Part shown: positions 33,687-47,894 of the stretch, in pieces
Numbering within the stretch: position 1 is the stretch's first letter
Layout of the letters: every line of letters starts with the position of its first letter
Assembly (NCBI RefSeq): GCF_038025025.1
Contig: NW_027117348.1
Span: 372,001 to 436,000, forward strand
Direction: 5' to 3'
Origin: Phyllosticta citribraziliensis
Lineage: Eukaryota
Length of the DNA stretch: 64,000 nt
Notes under the pieces: model-generated
The model's database searches: none
Seen by the model: only the letters and a program-made list of their open reading frames with translations
What the model was told of the DNA's origin: nothing
Made by a program: the position numbers and the translations under genes

Positions 33687-34746
33687 TGTAGAAGTTGGGT
33701 TCTGGACTGGATGCTAGAGATGGTGCTGCCTTTGTGCCTGAGAAACGGAGGACCGGTGATGGACGTGTTTCAATATAGAGGATAGATTGAAGTTGATCTC
33801 GGAGAGTTAGCGTGCAAAATCGAGGATGAGATGAAAGATAACGAATCGCTTGAATAGAGATGAGAGGTTCAAGTTTGAATCATTGAGCGGACAAGAGTCA
33901 ACGGGCGACCTGAAATTAAATCTCCTGTTCCTCGACTTGTGAAGCAGAGCATTGGTAAGGGTAATTGGGAGGCTGGTAGCTGCAGGGGTACAGCCAATGC
34001 TGATGCGAGAAGTCGAGTGCGCGTCCACGTACTCGCGTCGAAATTCATGACAAGGGCATGGGGCCACAGCAGCCGTTTCTTGTTGATCGATTGTTTGTTG
34101 CTTGTCCGACAGGCACACTGATCGGCCGGTATCGCACAGTCGTAAGATGTGGAAAAGGTCCTGTCGCAAGTCATCCCGTGCTGAGCTGGCCGAGCATCAG
34201 GTGGCCGGTGGTCAAGCTCGATGTGAATTTGCAGAGAAACATGTCATCTGGACTGCGTGCCATAGAGCACTCCAAGGGAGTCTTGGAGCAAAGCCGACTG
34301 GGCTTCTAGTTGTTGACGGCGGCTCCGTGACGGCGCAGGCCCACAAAAGAGTGGGAATCGGAACTGCATCTCGACGATTGTGGGAGGGTGCGAGGCTGGG
34401 AGACTGGGGCTGGCGGCTACGGACGATGGTCCCGGCGACGGCGGCCTGCATTTTGGAATGGCCGTGGTGTTGAGTCGTCCGTGCGGAAGTGATGGGACGG
34501 TGGCCCGTATGCAGCGTAAAATTGACCAGACGTCGACGGCGACGCGCTTGCCGGATTGGGCGTAGCGCAGGTCGACGCGTCGTCCCGAGAAGCCGCGTCG
34601 CGCTCGGGCCACGACAGGGCCAGCAACTCAACTTCCAATTCCCGTCTCCACTCGACTCGGTCTCGTCTCTTCTGTACCACCGTCGCATTTTTTGCGACTC
34701 TACCGTCTTGCCTCACATCACCTCACGACCCTCAGCTTCCGATGTC

Positions 34747-37700
34747 ATGAAACTGCTCGTCAACATTCCGCCCTTGCCGCCGGCCATCGTCGGCACGCTG
34801 GGCCCTCCCCCGCCAAAGCCGGAACCGAAAAGGTTTGGCGTCAACGTCCTCCCGAACGAAACGTTTGGCGACATTTGGCCCAGGATCGATGACAGCTTCA
34901 AGCGACTGTATCCTAACGAGTATCTGTGCGACGTCCTTCTCTGCCCTCGCCATTGGAACCCGCTGACCCTCGCAAAGTCACTTTGCCATCAAAAAGCTCC
35001 AGGTCCTCGGCTGCGACGTTGCCTACGACGAGAAAGTCTGGGATTGGTTCGAAGGAGAGACCGACCGTTCCAAGCAGGTCGTCGAAGTCATCCGCCAACC
35101 CATCGATCGCAACATCTCCGTAGCGCCCACCTCGTTTCTACGACCGCCGAACCTGCTCAAACGAACCCACCTTGCCGCCATAGACGAGAATGCAAAGCGA
35201 CGTCGCATCGACGAGGAACAGTATGGCGTCGCAATCGAAGACATGCTCCCAGACAGGCCAATCCGCTCCCGGGAACACGACACCGAAGGCTTGCGGCCCG
35301 GCAGCCGCGCCACGAGTGGAGCGAACTCTGATGTCGTCGTTGTTGCGGACTCGCAACGTGAGGCTGTTCCCTGGGGGGCTCCTCGAGATGCCACAAGCAC
35401 TAAAACGGAGTCTCCAGATCGAACATCGCTGATGGATGTCCCAGAGGCGGTGCCGGGCGCTGTGGCCGCCGAGGCCAATGGCCTTCACCCGAACCCGGGA
35501 GCGGGGGTTTTCAGAAAACCCGGCTTGCCTGCGTCCGCGTCGAAGGATACAGCAGGTGCACCATCTGTGCGTCGAAGCGCAACACCCAGGAGGCGGAAGA
35601 AGTCAGTCCCAATCACTGGCTTCCCTCCCAGGCCCCCATGGAACCCATCACCCTCGCCTTCGACCCGTTCCCGACGCGAAAGCCCCAACGAGCCGGCGCC
35701 CGATTCCTTACCAGTCTCCCAACGACCGGAGCATCGGAGCGAACACGCCGGGGGCGAACCAAGCTTCGATGTTGGACGGGAAAACAACAATGAACGAGTC
35801 GCTGTGCGTGTCAGTCAAACGCCAACCCCGACTCAGCCCGACAGCCTCGCACAGGCACTTTCTTTCATTCCTCCAGGAGGCGAAGCCCCGACTTCAAGCC
35901 TTGTTCGAGAGCCATCAGCGATACTCGGCACCCCGCCAAGTGCGCAAAGACCTCCTCGCAGCCCTGATGGATCGCGGTCGCAAGCAAGCTCCTCAAAACC
36001 CGTGTCTGACGACCACCAAGCCGCCAAGAGCCTGGAGCGACGTCGTCACCAGAACGCAGAGCCTTCAGCTGCCGATCCCAGTAGCCAGCAATCTTCCCAA
36101 CCAGCTTTGTCATCGCCTGCCAAACGGTCTGCTGACAAGAGAGGTGGCGCGGAGACCCCGAAAAAAAATGGTTCCAGCATCAGTCGCTCTCGCAAGAGCA
36201 CGGGCGCCATTCAAGGCGAAAGCGTCATCGACAGGGGAGCTGCAGCACGTGGAGCTGACAAGTCTCGCTCTCGCAAGAGCACGGGAGCCATTCAAAGCGA
36301 AAGCGTCATCGACAACGAACCCGCAGACAAGTCTCGCAGGAGTAGCAATCAGCGACGGAAAAGCTCCGCAGGCGATTCCAACGCCAGTTTGCTCCGGACA
36401 GAAGTCGAGGAAGAGCCTCTACGGAAGCTGAAAAGGCTCAACGACGGCAGAAAAATCTACGAAGACCGCAAATCGAAATTCACGCCGCTTGAAGATGAGG
36501 CCCTTATTTTGGGTAGACAAGCAGGGCTCGAGTACGCTGAGATCAGTAAGGACTATCTCCCGAACCGGTCTTACAAATCCCTCCGTAATCGATACTTTCG
36601 TCTTCAAGACGGCGGCGACAACGTATCCCAGATTTCAGAGCCTTCCGTCGAAACCACCCCACGCACCCAGTCCAACCCAGCAGGATCCTCCCCACACGTT
36701 CCGACTTCTCGCAAAGACTCTCAAGCATCTCAAGGAAGACAATCATCCTCTCAGGCCGCGGCCTCCCGCAAAGACTCTCAAGCATCTCAAGGAAAACAAC
36801 CATCTTCTCAGGCCCCGGTCTCCCGCAAAGACTCTCACTCATCTCGGAGAAAACACTCGTCTCCGGAAGTACGCATCCCCGCACCGTCGCAGCCGGCTCG
36901 CAAGGCCGATGCTTTGCCCTTCCAAACTTCGTCGGAGCCTCGATCGTCCCGTCAAGGAGGCTCTTCGCTTGCAAAATCGACACGGAAGCCGGACTCTGGC
37001 AACTCAAAGTCTTCGCAAGATGTCAGTGACGAAATGGAGAAGTTGGCCCAAAAGTACGTGAAAAAGCTAGCTGAAAAGGCAGAGGCCGAGCGGAAGATAA
37101 AGGCCTGCCTCGATCGACAGATCAAAGCTAAGAACTTTAGGGATCGCACGGACGAGCGCAAAGAAGGTGACAAGCGTCGAAGGAAGCGGGAGGCCAGCGA
37201 AAAAAAAGAGGTAGCGCGCCTACGACAGCTTGAGCAGGATGAGCTGCGGAGATTCCGTGCTAATCTCTTCATCTGTGAACAGGCGGGCCTGGTTTGGGCC
37301 CAGTCCGAGAAGCTGCTCGAGTCGGACCCGAATATGACGCCGGATGAAGTCCGAGGTAAGCTGAAGACGTACGGCTCTTCGAAGCCCCCCATTCACAATC
37401 ATGTCCCCGATAGTGAGCACGATGGGTCGCTATCCAGACTGAGGCCTCGGCGCACGACACGCTCTGTGCCGAGTGTCGCAGACGGGGCAGGCGACCGGCG
37501 ACAATCTGCGGAACATGTCAAGCAAAGGCAATCGTTGCCCAATGATGACCGTAGTTTGGGTGCTACGACTTCTCGGGTGAAAGACTCGAGCATTCGTGGC
37601 AAAGAAGCAGCCAAAGCCGGAGCCGGACAGATCACGGAGCCAGTGGAGATTGATGTGGTCTCGTCGACGAGCGGAGGCCCTGCTCACGGCCAAGCAATTC

Positions 37701-38529
37701 ACGGACAAGCCATTGTCGCCGATGATTCGGACAGCCCCTCCGACGATCAGTCCATCACTTCCCCTGAGCCGGAGCAGCCAACAATGGCTGCAGCGTCGAC
37801 TCAACGAAAGAAGCCAACCGTCAAACCACTTGAATTCCAGTCGGAAGAGCTTGGCCACGACCTGAACCCGGCAAGCTTTGTTCCATCGTCGCCATCTGAT
37901 GCTTCCGATATTGAAGACGCTCCACCCTCATCTCCACCCGTTTTGCGCAGCCCTCTAGATGAAGACCGCCTGGCGAGATCTCCGGAGTCTTCGAGCTCCG
38001 AATCGGAAGAATCGTCCTACTCTGACTCAGAGGCGTCGAGTGAAGAAGAAGAACCCAAGCAAGGAGCGGTGATTCCCAAAACCAACGGTGTCAAGTCAAA
38101 CGGCATCAATCCGCAATCTTCGGCGACGGAGCTTCAGCGTGACCCGAGAGTTCGGCCGCCTGCCGAACCCCGACCAGCACCAAAGTCGCCGGGGGCACGT
38201 TTTCGAGATCCACGTATCAAAAATTTGTCTGAACTCAAGGCTGAGATTGAGAAGGAGAGGGCGCCGATTCCAAAGCCTGTGGTTGTAGCGCCTCCTAAAA
38301 ACCCCCAGCCGGTTGAGGAGAGTAGCAGTGACGACGATTACAGCAGTAGTGACGGCAGCACTGACACTGACAGCTCGGTCGAGAGGAGGAAAAAGGAAAG
38401 GAGGGCGAAGAGCAATCGCAAGGCTGCTCAGAGACTTCAAAGGAGTATGTTCACAGCCCCAGCAGTCTACCTTTCGTCGCACTGGGTTTGGATCTAACTG
38501 CTTGTTTAGTGGCAAATGGAGGATTCTGA
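34747..38529 (+). CDS. Net1/Dnt1-like nucleolar protein (Cdc14-binding-type N-terminal domain) with a Myb/SANT-like repeat; 3 exons
   Basis: Intron 34920-34977 gives KRFGVNVLPNETFGDIWPRIDDSFKRLYPNDHFAIKKLQVLGCDVAYDEKVWDWF...VVEVIRQP and joins the 1084-aa ORF in frame. KFTPLEDEALILGRQAGLEYAEISKDYLPNRSYKSLRNRYFRL is Myb-like. A likely final intron 38445-38509 ends the protein MANGGF*. The rest is S/P/K/R-rich and disordered. Confidence 0.75.
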
Positions 38530-39653
38530 AGCAGATGCCGGTAGATGTCCTGGCGTTCGGTTCGGCTCGGCACTCGAGACGCCTGTTTGCAAAATTTCTA
38601 GGAGTGGGAAGGTGAGAAGGGACAATATCGTGGCCTCATGGTGCAGGGTCTGCCGTCGCTTTGTGTTAGTCGCTCGAGGTGGTGGCCTCGCGGTACAGGG
38701 TCTGGTGTCGCTATGAGTTAGTTGCTTGAGGTGGTTGCAATAGCCAGATCCTGATGATCATCAAGATTGCTTTTATGCTTTATGCTTAAACGGGGCATTC
38801 GTTCCATGGCGGGGACCACTGACTTGAGAGTAGGTTGCCAAACTACCAGGCATCTCCAACTGCTGAAGAGTTTCCCAATGACGTTTCGCTAGATGGATGT
38901 GGCTGCGATGGCTGCAACTTGTGTGACACGGAGGTCGAGGTCGCGTAACATGCAGACCACGCCGCAGCGGAACAGGCGGCATCAACGTACCTATGCGATG
39001 GACTCTCCCCGCATCCTCGGTGGCCGATGGCGTGCGACAGATTGCCTGGAAATGACGACTCATACCGACAGCCTCCTGTCAAGCCATAGGCAAGGCAAAG
39101 TCGACAATGCACTCGACTCGCTGTGGCCACGAACGACATGTTCCTGGAGGGACGATGCACGTCTTGCAAGGAATTGACGACGGGCGCGTCGTACCTGACA
39201 ATGGCGTTGGGGATCCCTGGACGATCAAGGCTAAGCCTTTATCAAGTCAATCTCGCAGAACCGCCCGCCCCGGCCCGAAAGCTTGCGCATCGACCGCGAC
39301 GTCCCGCAGTCATGTTCTCGACCTTCGCTGTTTGCTCTCTCTGCTCGGCGCCCGCTGGAGCCGCCACTTGTTCTGAACGACAGACTGCCATCGCTGGCGC
39401 GGCCCATGGAAGACTCTTTCGACTTTGGCAACGTACCTGCCGAACCCAGAGGCGGTGAGGGCCTCGCGAGCCCCGAATCACCTTCCCAACCAGGCTTGGC
39501 CTCAGGCAAGCGAGCAGCGATGCTTATCATTCAGGCTGTCCCACCGCGCTTGATTGACCCCATCGTGCCACCTCGCTCCATGTCTCTTTTCCGGTATAAA
39601 GTTACCGTCTTCGACGGATACTGGCTCAAGCGCTTCCCAGCACCATACCAGCC

Positions 39654-41798
39654 ATGTTGACCTCGGCTTTTCGCGCCAGTGCCACCGTAGCGGCAGCGTC
39701 TTTGCTAGTCACCGGCACATCTGCGCTAGCTAACAAGCTGCCGTTGAATGCAAGGGCGTACCTACCAGGCAACGCTACCGACGTCAAGACCATCGTTTCG
39801 CCGACAAATGTGACGATACGCTACAAGGAGCCCGGGCAAGCCGGAGTATGTGAGACGACGCCGGGAGTCAATTCGTACGTTTTTGCAGCATTACAACCTT
39901 TGTCGGCCTGCAGCTGACATTGACCATCAGATATTCTGGTTATGTCGACCTTGCACCCGATGTCCACACCTTCTTTTGGTTCTTCGAGTCTCGACGTGAT
40001 CCAGCCAATGATCCCATCACGCTCTGGCTGAACGGTGGTCCCGGCAGCGACTCTTTAATCGGACTGTTTGAAGGCAAGTGATGCTCGTTGGGTGGACATT
40101 CTGAAACTCTTTCCCAGCTGTAAGCTTACAAGATCACAGAGCTTGGACCTTGCAACGTTACTGCGAATTTGACGTCAGAAGTCAACCCGTACTCATGGAA
40201 CGAAGTTTCAAACTTGCTCTTCATCAGCCAGCCTCTTGGGACAGGGTTCTCATACTCTGAAGAGGCCGTCGGTAGCTTCAACAACGTTACCGGATCGTTC
40301 GTCGCCGACAACTCTGGATCCGACTACGGCAGATGGCCTGTCATCAACGCCACCGAGCTCGATACCACCGACCTTTCCGCCATTGCTACGTATCACGTGC
40401 TACAGGGTTTCCTGAGTGCTCTTCCTCAGCTTGACAGCGGAGTCAAGAGCAAAGAGTTCAACCTTTGGACAGAGTCTTACGGCGGCCACTACGGGCCTGC
40501 GTTCTTCAACTACTTTTACGAACAGAATGAGATGATTGCCAATGGCACAAGCTCCGGGGTGCACCTCAACTTCAACTCACTGGGCGTCATCAACGGAATC
40601 ATTGACGAGTACACGCAAGCGCCGCACTATCCAGAATTCGCCCTCAACAACACCTACGGCATCAAGCTCTACAATGAGACGATTTACCAGTATGCCAAAA
40701 TCGCCTTGAATATGCCAAACGGCTGTTTGAATATGGTAAGTTTGATTTCAATTTGGAGATTGCTCTAAAGAATCGTGGTGCACTCAGTCTGGAAGTTGAA
40801 AGCTCCCTAGTACTCCCTACCTGGAACTCCTTGATCTCTCGTTTGAGACACCTCGCTTTGAACCATGCTGACAAACGCAGATTGATTTCTGCCGCGAGTC
40901 CGACAGGAGCACAATGGCTGGACAAGCGCTTTGCTCGGAGGCTACATCCATGTGTAGGGACAATGTCGAAGGCGTATACTACAACTTCGGAGGTAAGATG
41001 GTCCAGTACGCATTTCGCGATACGTTTCCTAACAAGTGGCAGACCGTGGCGTGTACGATATTAGACATCCATACGACGACCCCACGCCTCCTTCCTACTA
41101 CGCCGATTACTTGAACAAGGCGGATGTTCAGAATGCACTCGGAGGTTAGCAGAATCCTGGAACCAGGATTTTATCAGCTGACACGTGCTGCAGTGAATCT
41201 CAACTACACCTCGAGCAACAACGACGTCTACTACGCATTCCAGCAGACGGGCGATTTTGTCTATCCCAATTTCATCGAGGACGTGGAGCAGCTGCTTGCG
41301 GCCGGCGTGCGCGTGGCGCTCATGTACGGTGATGCTGACTACATCTGCAATTGGTTTGGCGGAGAAGCGTGAGTTGGCCGCAGATTCAAGCCGTAAAGAC
41401 TTGCAACTCTAACTGCGTACAGTGTCTCGCTCAAGGTCGACTACACCCACCAGGAGGAGTTCCGCGCTGCCGGATACGCGCCCTTCGTCGTCGATGGTGC
41501 CGAGTACGGTGAGGTGCGCCAGTACGGCAATTTCTCTTTCCTCCGCGTCTACGAAGCTGGCCACGAGGTGCCGTACTACCAGCCGGTCGCATCTCTGGCC
41601 ATGTTCAACCGCACCGTATTCCACTACGATGTCGCGACCGGCGAGACTCCCGTCACCGCGAATCTGACCACAGAGGGTGAGCCGGAGGCCACGCACACGG
41701 AATCTTTTGTGCCTTTGCCAACGAGCACCGGCAACTTGGCAGCGTCTGCCGCGCTCGATTTGGGCAAGTCGAAGCTGCCGATGTTGATGGGCTTTTAA
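39654..41798 (+). CDS. Secreted serine carboxypeptidase (S10 family); ~6 introns
   Basis: Has a signal peptide plus [41 protein letters not shown] and [13 protein letters not shown]. Confidence 0.95.
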
Positions 41799-44700
41799 AG
41801 ACGAAGTCGAGATTAGATTTCCAATTCGGATCGAAGAATCATGAAGAACAATTGATGGATTTGCCAATTCGCTTAACCAAGCATCCCTTTGACTGTTTAC
41901 TCATCTCCTTCCGCTGCACCTTCCATTTCAGGTTAGGTCAATATTTAGCATTGGCCGGACCTCGCTCCCAACCATCTTTCAGTCAACTCGACGCAGTCGA
42001 AGATGGCAAAGTCGCGCGGTCGCACCTGTTCGTTTGCAATTGCGATATCGGCCGTATCACAAATCCACCACACTCTCCGTACGCGAGGACAGACTGCCAA
42101 AATGCAGGAAAAGCAACTTTGGATTGTGCATGATGCGAAACAAACCCCGGCCGACAGGGCTCGGAATTGACCCACACTTCAAAGTCCTGTACCGCGCAAC
42201 CAACGCTCAACGGGGAAATAAACGGATTTTCCATCCGGCAACGGCATCACCATTGGCCAACGCAGCTCGCTTACGTCGCCGGCGTCGTCAATCAGACTTC
42301 CAATGCAAGCGCGCTTTGATCGAGTCCCGTATACAGCGCAGTGCATAAAGGAAATTTCAAGCTGCCTGCCGGCTGTACGCCAGATCATGTGCAGCCCAAG
42401 ACTCTTGTGTCAAAGTACATGCATACGCAGACCAGCGATACCAGCGTCGTCAACGTTTTCACTTCCCCGCTGCACGCTCGGACGACACAGACGCTCCCGT
42501 TGTTCCTGACAGGAAACGCCTTTGCATTTGCACGCTGCAGGCGCGGCAGCGGAAACGGGTGCCGGGCGTCAGCCACAACGCAAGGGAAAAGCAAAGCACC
42601 TGTCGGTGGAATACCCGTTGGTCGCCTGCGTCGGATGTGACAGCCGTTGGACCATGCGTGGATGCAGCACAAACGCGTCGACGACATCTTCCATCATTCT
42701 GGGTTTGTGAAATCTAGAGGCTGGTCAATGGATGTACAAAGCAGGTTCGTGGTTGCTGAGGTGATGCAAGTGCTGTTTCCTTGACCGAGTATCACCGATG
42801 CATCAATCATGCAAGCAGTGATCCGTCCACTTTACGAAATACCTATCCCATCGAACGACGTCAGACGGATCGCTCAGTTTCTGAGGCGCGCAACGGAAGC
42901 ATCCTGCAGTCGTTACTCAACACTTCCTTCCGAATTTCGGTGGCTGGTTCGCAAGCCGCTGCGGAGGTCCGTTCTACAACGGAACAGGCCTTTCGAGTGG
43001 CTGAGGTTGCGAGTGGAGACGTTTAGCGAATTTGTGGCTGCGTGGCTTTGCGGGTGTGGAGTTTCGGGAGGCTGAGGGCATTGTCTTTGTCTGTGCTCGA
43101 AGTGGCCGAGAGCAATCCATTGTACTGACGACTGGCAGTCAGTGTTGACGGACTTTTCGAGATCACCTTGGAGAGCTGGACTTTTGACGGATTCTCGCTT
43201 TGTAAGCTTTCTTCGAAGCGAATGTCCTTCGGCGGCGGAATTTTTCTAGGAGAGTGCAATTCAACGACTTGCAAATCACTCGTGTCGCTTTACGCATCAT
43301 GGCTGATCCTCCGCAGGCTTTACAAATGCTCTCGGGGCTAGATTCCATGTCTTACTTCTCAGAGTGTCTTCAATTGTTTGGCAGTGGCTGGGCATTGCGA
43401 CAATTTTCATCCAGCTTCTCCGCCTGCTCTTGGCGATTCGATCATGTGTCTTATCGAGGGATTCCGTGCGTTTCTCCAAGGCTTTTGAGAGTGGTGGCGA
43501 AGTCAGCAGAATGTGGACAGACCACGAAGGAAATAATGGTCGATGCTCCCAATGGTCACTCAGCCTGCCTGACTCGGTTAGTGTAGTTCGCTAAATGCCT
43601 AGTCAGGAACGGCGGCGTTGGCCTCGGCGGCGTCACTTCGACTTGGTTGCTGCAGTGTGTTCCAGTTGTGCTCGACTGTCCTGCGCAACACCCAAGAATT
43701 ATTTGGTGGAGAGGAGATGCAAAGGACGAGGGCTCGTCTCTGTCTCGTTGCGAGCGAAGGCCTGATTGCCTCAACGGGCCGAAGGGGGCCGATGATCCCC
43801 CGCTGCGGCCATCCCCGCTCGGACTCCATCTCGTCCCCGTCTCCCTCCTCTCCACCTCCACATCAATCACCCGTCGAGTCGCGCCGCGTCACTGGCCTTC
43901 CAAGGCCTCAGGTCTCTACCCGGGCAAGCTCCCGCCGCCCTCACGTCACCATCCCACTCCAACGTTCCTCCAGTCCTCGGCCCCGCGGAATCCGTCGTCC
44001 TCCGTCGACCTTGCCGCCTTTCCACAACCGCGAGATGCGCCTCTGAAATCACGCTGGCTGGAGCTCTCTGACCAATCCTCGACGCATGATTCGCATTTGC
44101 ACCGCCCCCGCGCACATCGTCAGAAGTCCAGGGCCAAGATCGACAAACGAAAGTCGCGTTTCGGCGATCCATACCCTGAAACCACCACCCCACACTCAGA
44201 GTCCTATCTCTGCCACCTCAGTCTTGGACCCTTTTGCATCCCGTGAGCAGCAATCAAATTGCATGTCTACGAAGCGAGGCCAAAATCCTTGTGCTGGGAG
44301 AGGGAAGCTTGATTAGGCAAAATGGGCTGACGGCCGCCCCGGCCTGACTCGACGCGCACAAGAAGTGGCTTATCCGCGCATTTCCAATCCTCTCGGTCTG
44401 GCACTCAGGCATCCACACGTCTTTGGAGCCAAGATGGAATCTTTTCATCCCGTTCATGATGCGCACTGAACGTGCTGCCGCGCCGAATCGATTGCATGTC
44501 CTCAGCATCGGAAGACGACTTGGATTCGAGTCCATATCGATAGCTTTTGCTGAATCCGAGAGTCGCAATCCTGCAAACATGACCAATCAGTGACAGGCGC
44601 ATTGCGGAATTCTTCGGGTTTTCGAAAAGCATTCTGGCGCCCGCCTCGTCTCGAGACGAAACATGCAAGTCACCAGCAGTCCAGATACCGACGGTTAAAC

Positions 44701-45273
44701 TGGTATTGGCATGAGAAGGATGTCGCCAGCGGAGAGTCCTCTTGGCGCCAGAAATGTCTAGGCACGGAGTCCGCCGTCCACCTCTCCCAAGCCAAGCCTC
44801 CGAGCAAGCCACTCCAGCTACGTGAAGAGTCCTCACGCGGCGTCTTGACCTGCAGAGAGTGGAGATGCGGAAAATGCCTGCTCAGATGCCAATCGAGTTT
44901 CGAATCATCAACCGAATAGGCCATGTCTGTGCGGAGTCTCGACGACTCAGGGCGAGTACTGCCGAAGGTACAGCGTCAAGCCCTGCCCAATACCCAACTG
45001 GGCCTTCCATCAGTCGTATTTGTTGATATTAGCCAAGCGTCGCGATGCGCAATGGTCGGGCTCAGGTCTGGCGGGCACATGTCGTCGGCGTGAAGGCCTG
45101 GTACAGCGACACTCATAAATATCTTCGCCGTCTGGCGATGTCTCTTGCATTTAAGCAGTCACAATAAGCTCACCTTGCCTACACTCTATTTTCAAGCGTT
45201 GCTGTTTCCTGTGCTCATCACAACTCTGTTGACTCAAGCTTCAAGCCACTCCCTTATACCCTAGAGCCTCAAA

Positions 45274-46158
45274 ATGTTCTTTCAAGCACTTCCACTCGTC
45301 GCCCTCCTGGGTCAAGCACTGGCTTGCCCTCCCCATGACAACGCCGGGCCCATTTCCCACAGCAAGCGGGAAGACGGTGCATGGAGCAAACGCACACCCA
45401 CTCCTGCCGATTGGCACTACGATCACTCTCTCCACTGGGAGACTGTCAACGCAAGTAAGTCACTTTCCCCCTCGGCTGTATGTATATCGATTGACTCGAT
45501 GCCAGGCTACGAGACATGCCACACTGGCACGCAACAATCCCCCATCAACATTGGATTGGACCAGGTCCTCTCGAGTCAACACAAACCCGACCTCAAGAAC
45601 ATCCACGGCAACTTCAGCGGTCATTTTTACAACAATGGATATGGACCTGCTTTTACCCTGGACCACGACGAGGGAGTGTACACTACGCTTCCGTCGATCA
45701 AGTACGACGACGTCGAGGCGTACTTGACCGGGTGGCACATTCACAACCCTTCGGAGCACACCATTGGCGGACACCGCAGCAAAGGAGAGATTCACTTTGT
45801 TTTTGCTGATGCCAAGGGCAAGTACAAGGCTGTTCTTGGAATCCGCATCGACCCGTCGGCCTCTGCAAGCTCGCCATTCTTCGATCAGATGCCGGAACTG
45901 ATTCACTTCAACGAAACCGACGTCCAGCTCAGCACCACGCTCGACCTCGGCCTTGCCCTGGACCAAGTGAACGACTTCAACGACTTTTGGACGTACAAGG
46001 GCAGCCTTACCACGCCGCCGTGCACGGAGGGAGTGCGCTGGTTCGTCGCATCGCCGATTCTCCTGACCAGCATCGATCAGATGAAGCAGCTCATCCGAGC
46101 ATGCACGTACTCGGCGAGGCCAGAGCAAGAGGTTTGGCTCCACGACATCAACGTGTGA
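45274..46158 (+). CDS. Secreted alpha-carbonic anhydrase
   Basis: Has a signal peptide, QQSPINI, zinc ligands WHIHNPSEH and EIHFV, and YKGSLTTPPCTEGVRW. A probable in-frame 51-nt intron lies at 45455-45505. Confidence 0.94.
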   Translation: MFFQALPLVALLGQALACPPHDNAGPISHSKREDGAWSKRTPTPADWHYDHSLHWETVNASKSLSPSAVCISIDSMPGYETCHTGTQQSPINIGLDQVLSSQHKPDLKNIHGNFSGHFYNNGYGPAFTLDHDEGVYTTLPSIKYDDVEAYLTGWHIHNPSEHTIGGHRSKGEIHFVFADAKGKYKAVLGIRIDPSASASSPFFDQMPELIHFNETDVQLSTTLDLGLALDQVNDFNDFWTYKGSLTTPPCTEGVRWFVASPILLTSIDQMKQLIRACTYSARPEQEVWLHDINV

Positions 46159-47894
46159 GCAGAGAAAGCCAATCTACGAAGCGCTTTGGATCGCAACTTT
46201 TCACTTCTTGTCCATATTCTTTCCAGATTCATCATGTACTTAGCTGAGCGCAACCCCACTTGTCGGTTCTCCAACGCATAGATTTGGGCCAAATAGACTC
46301 GACTTTCCACGTTTCGAAACTTTTCCATCCCGCCATCTTGTTGCAGTTCCGGGCACCCCCACAGCGCGCCACGACGTGTGTTGACAGGGTTGGACCATTA
46401 AGCGACTGAGGAGAGAGAGGAGCCAAGCCATGGCTGCCGGGGCCCTCGAACGGCAGGATTCCTGCCAAGAGCGGAGTCTTTAGCCGCCGCCGCTAGACGT
46501 CGCCCAGCCTTCTTCACTGGCGTGGGAACTGCATAGGGCAGGAAGGCCTCATGCCCTAACGAATGACATGCATGGGCTCCCTGATTGAGCAAACCTTCTT
46601 TTCTCCTTCCAAGCCAGACGACATCCACGGACCCGGGCTCCGAGAATCCGTTCGAGTCGGGGTCTGTCGTCAGGCTGTCGCAATGCTCGTCTGGCCCAAC
46701 TACCAGAGGCTGGTAAGAGCCGTCGCAGGCTTGGGTCGACCTACGTCACATTTCAAGCTCTGAGGACAATCCAGCTAAGCACCTGCCCGATTGGTTCGTC
46801 TGCCTTGGCGAGACTGGACGACGTCGACGAGGAACCCGGGTTCAGCCGCGTGCTGAAGCGACTTCTTCCGCCCATCTGACAATGCTCAACTACAATCAGT
46901 CCACTTTTCGTCATCCCCATGTTTTCCCCGCCAACTCAGCAGCTCTTTTGGGTCGCTTCCGCAGAGTCGGACGATCGCGACCTGTATCTTGTCGTTCCCA
47001 ACACTTTCGCGCCTCCGCCCGTCAAATGCACAGCCGCGACCTCTCGCGGCGAGGCAGGACGTGGGTCCGTCAGCCTGATGCTCGAACTCGACCGTGGAGC
47101 GAGCGAGGTTCCCCGCAAAGAGTATCAACTCACGAGACGACGTGGTCTTCGTCGATCAGGCTATTTCGTTCGAGCAGCAAATGAACGACCTCGTCGGTCG
47201 AAGTGCGTCGAATCCCCACCGCGAGGGAGTGATTTTCCAGTGAGATGCGGAGGATGACACCAAAGAGCTTTCAGATCGTTTTTCAAGGGGGAGCAAAAGC
47301 CGAGGACAAGACCGCCGCTGACGCTCGACAGGATTCGGTCGTCGTTCCAGAGAAGTCTGCAAATCGTGAGCTTCAGTTTGCCGCCGCCTGACATTCCGAC
47401 GAAAGAGCGAGTTGTCCGTCCAACGTGAGAATGTAGCGCAGCACTGTCGTATGCCGTCCCCTCTGAAAAGTCTCGAGCAGTCGATCGCATTGCTCAACTG
47501 ATTGGCCAACATTCCTGAGCGGTTGAGGCCCGCGAACGATGAGCAACGCCTCGCACAACAACTCGACACTGTTGAAGCAGGCGAGTGGTGGGTCCGTGGG
47601 CGCATCACTTTCGAGGCGGAACGCGATCGATTCTAGTCTCCATTTCATTCTTTTGCGCCGCATGACCTAATTTTACAGCAATGACTTGCCTCGCGCATTT
47701 TCGACCACCTCTCAACAAAGGAAACGAGCATATCCGGCGTCACGCATGCAACAGCCTCGCCATCAGACGTGCAACATTAATTCAGAACAAACAATTATCA
47801 GCACACAATACTTACTCGTGAGAAAGAAGAAACGAGGCTAAGCTCACAACAGCATCGCTTCGCCAACGAACAAAGGAAAAAACGTCGAGTCTAA

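Noticed and set aside
42000..45200. Many overlapping 60-200 aa ORFs (likewise at 26200-27900, 46300-47700 and 50100-51800)
   Set aside because: No recognisable motifs, codon bias or consistent splice model; expected by chance in GC-rich intergenic DNA, though small orphan genes cannot be excluded.
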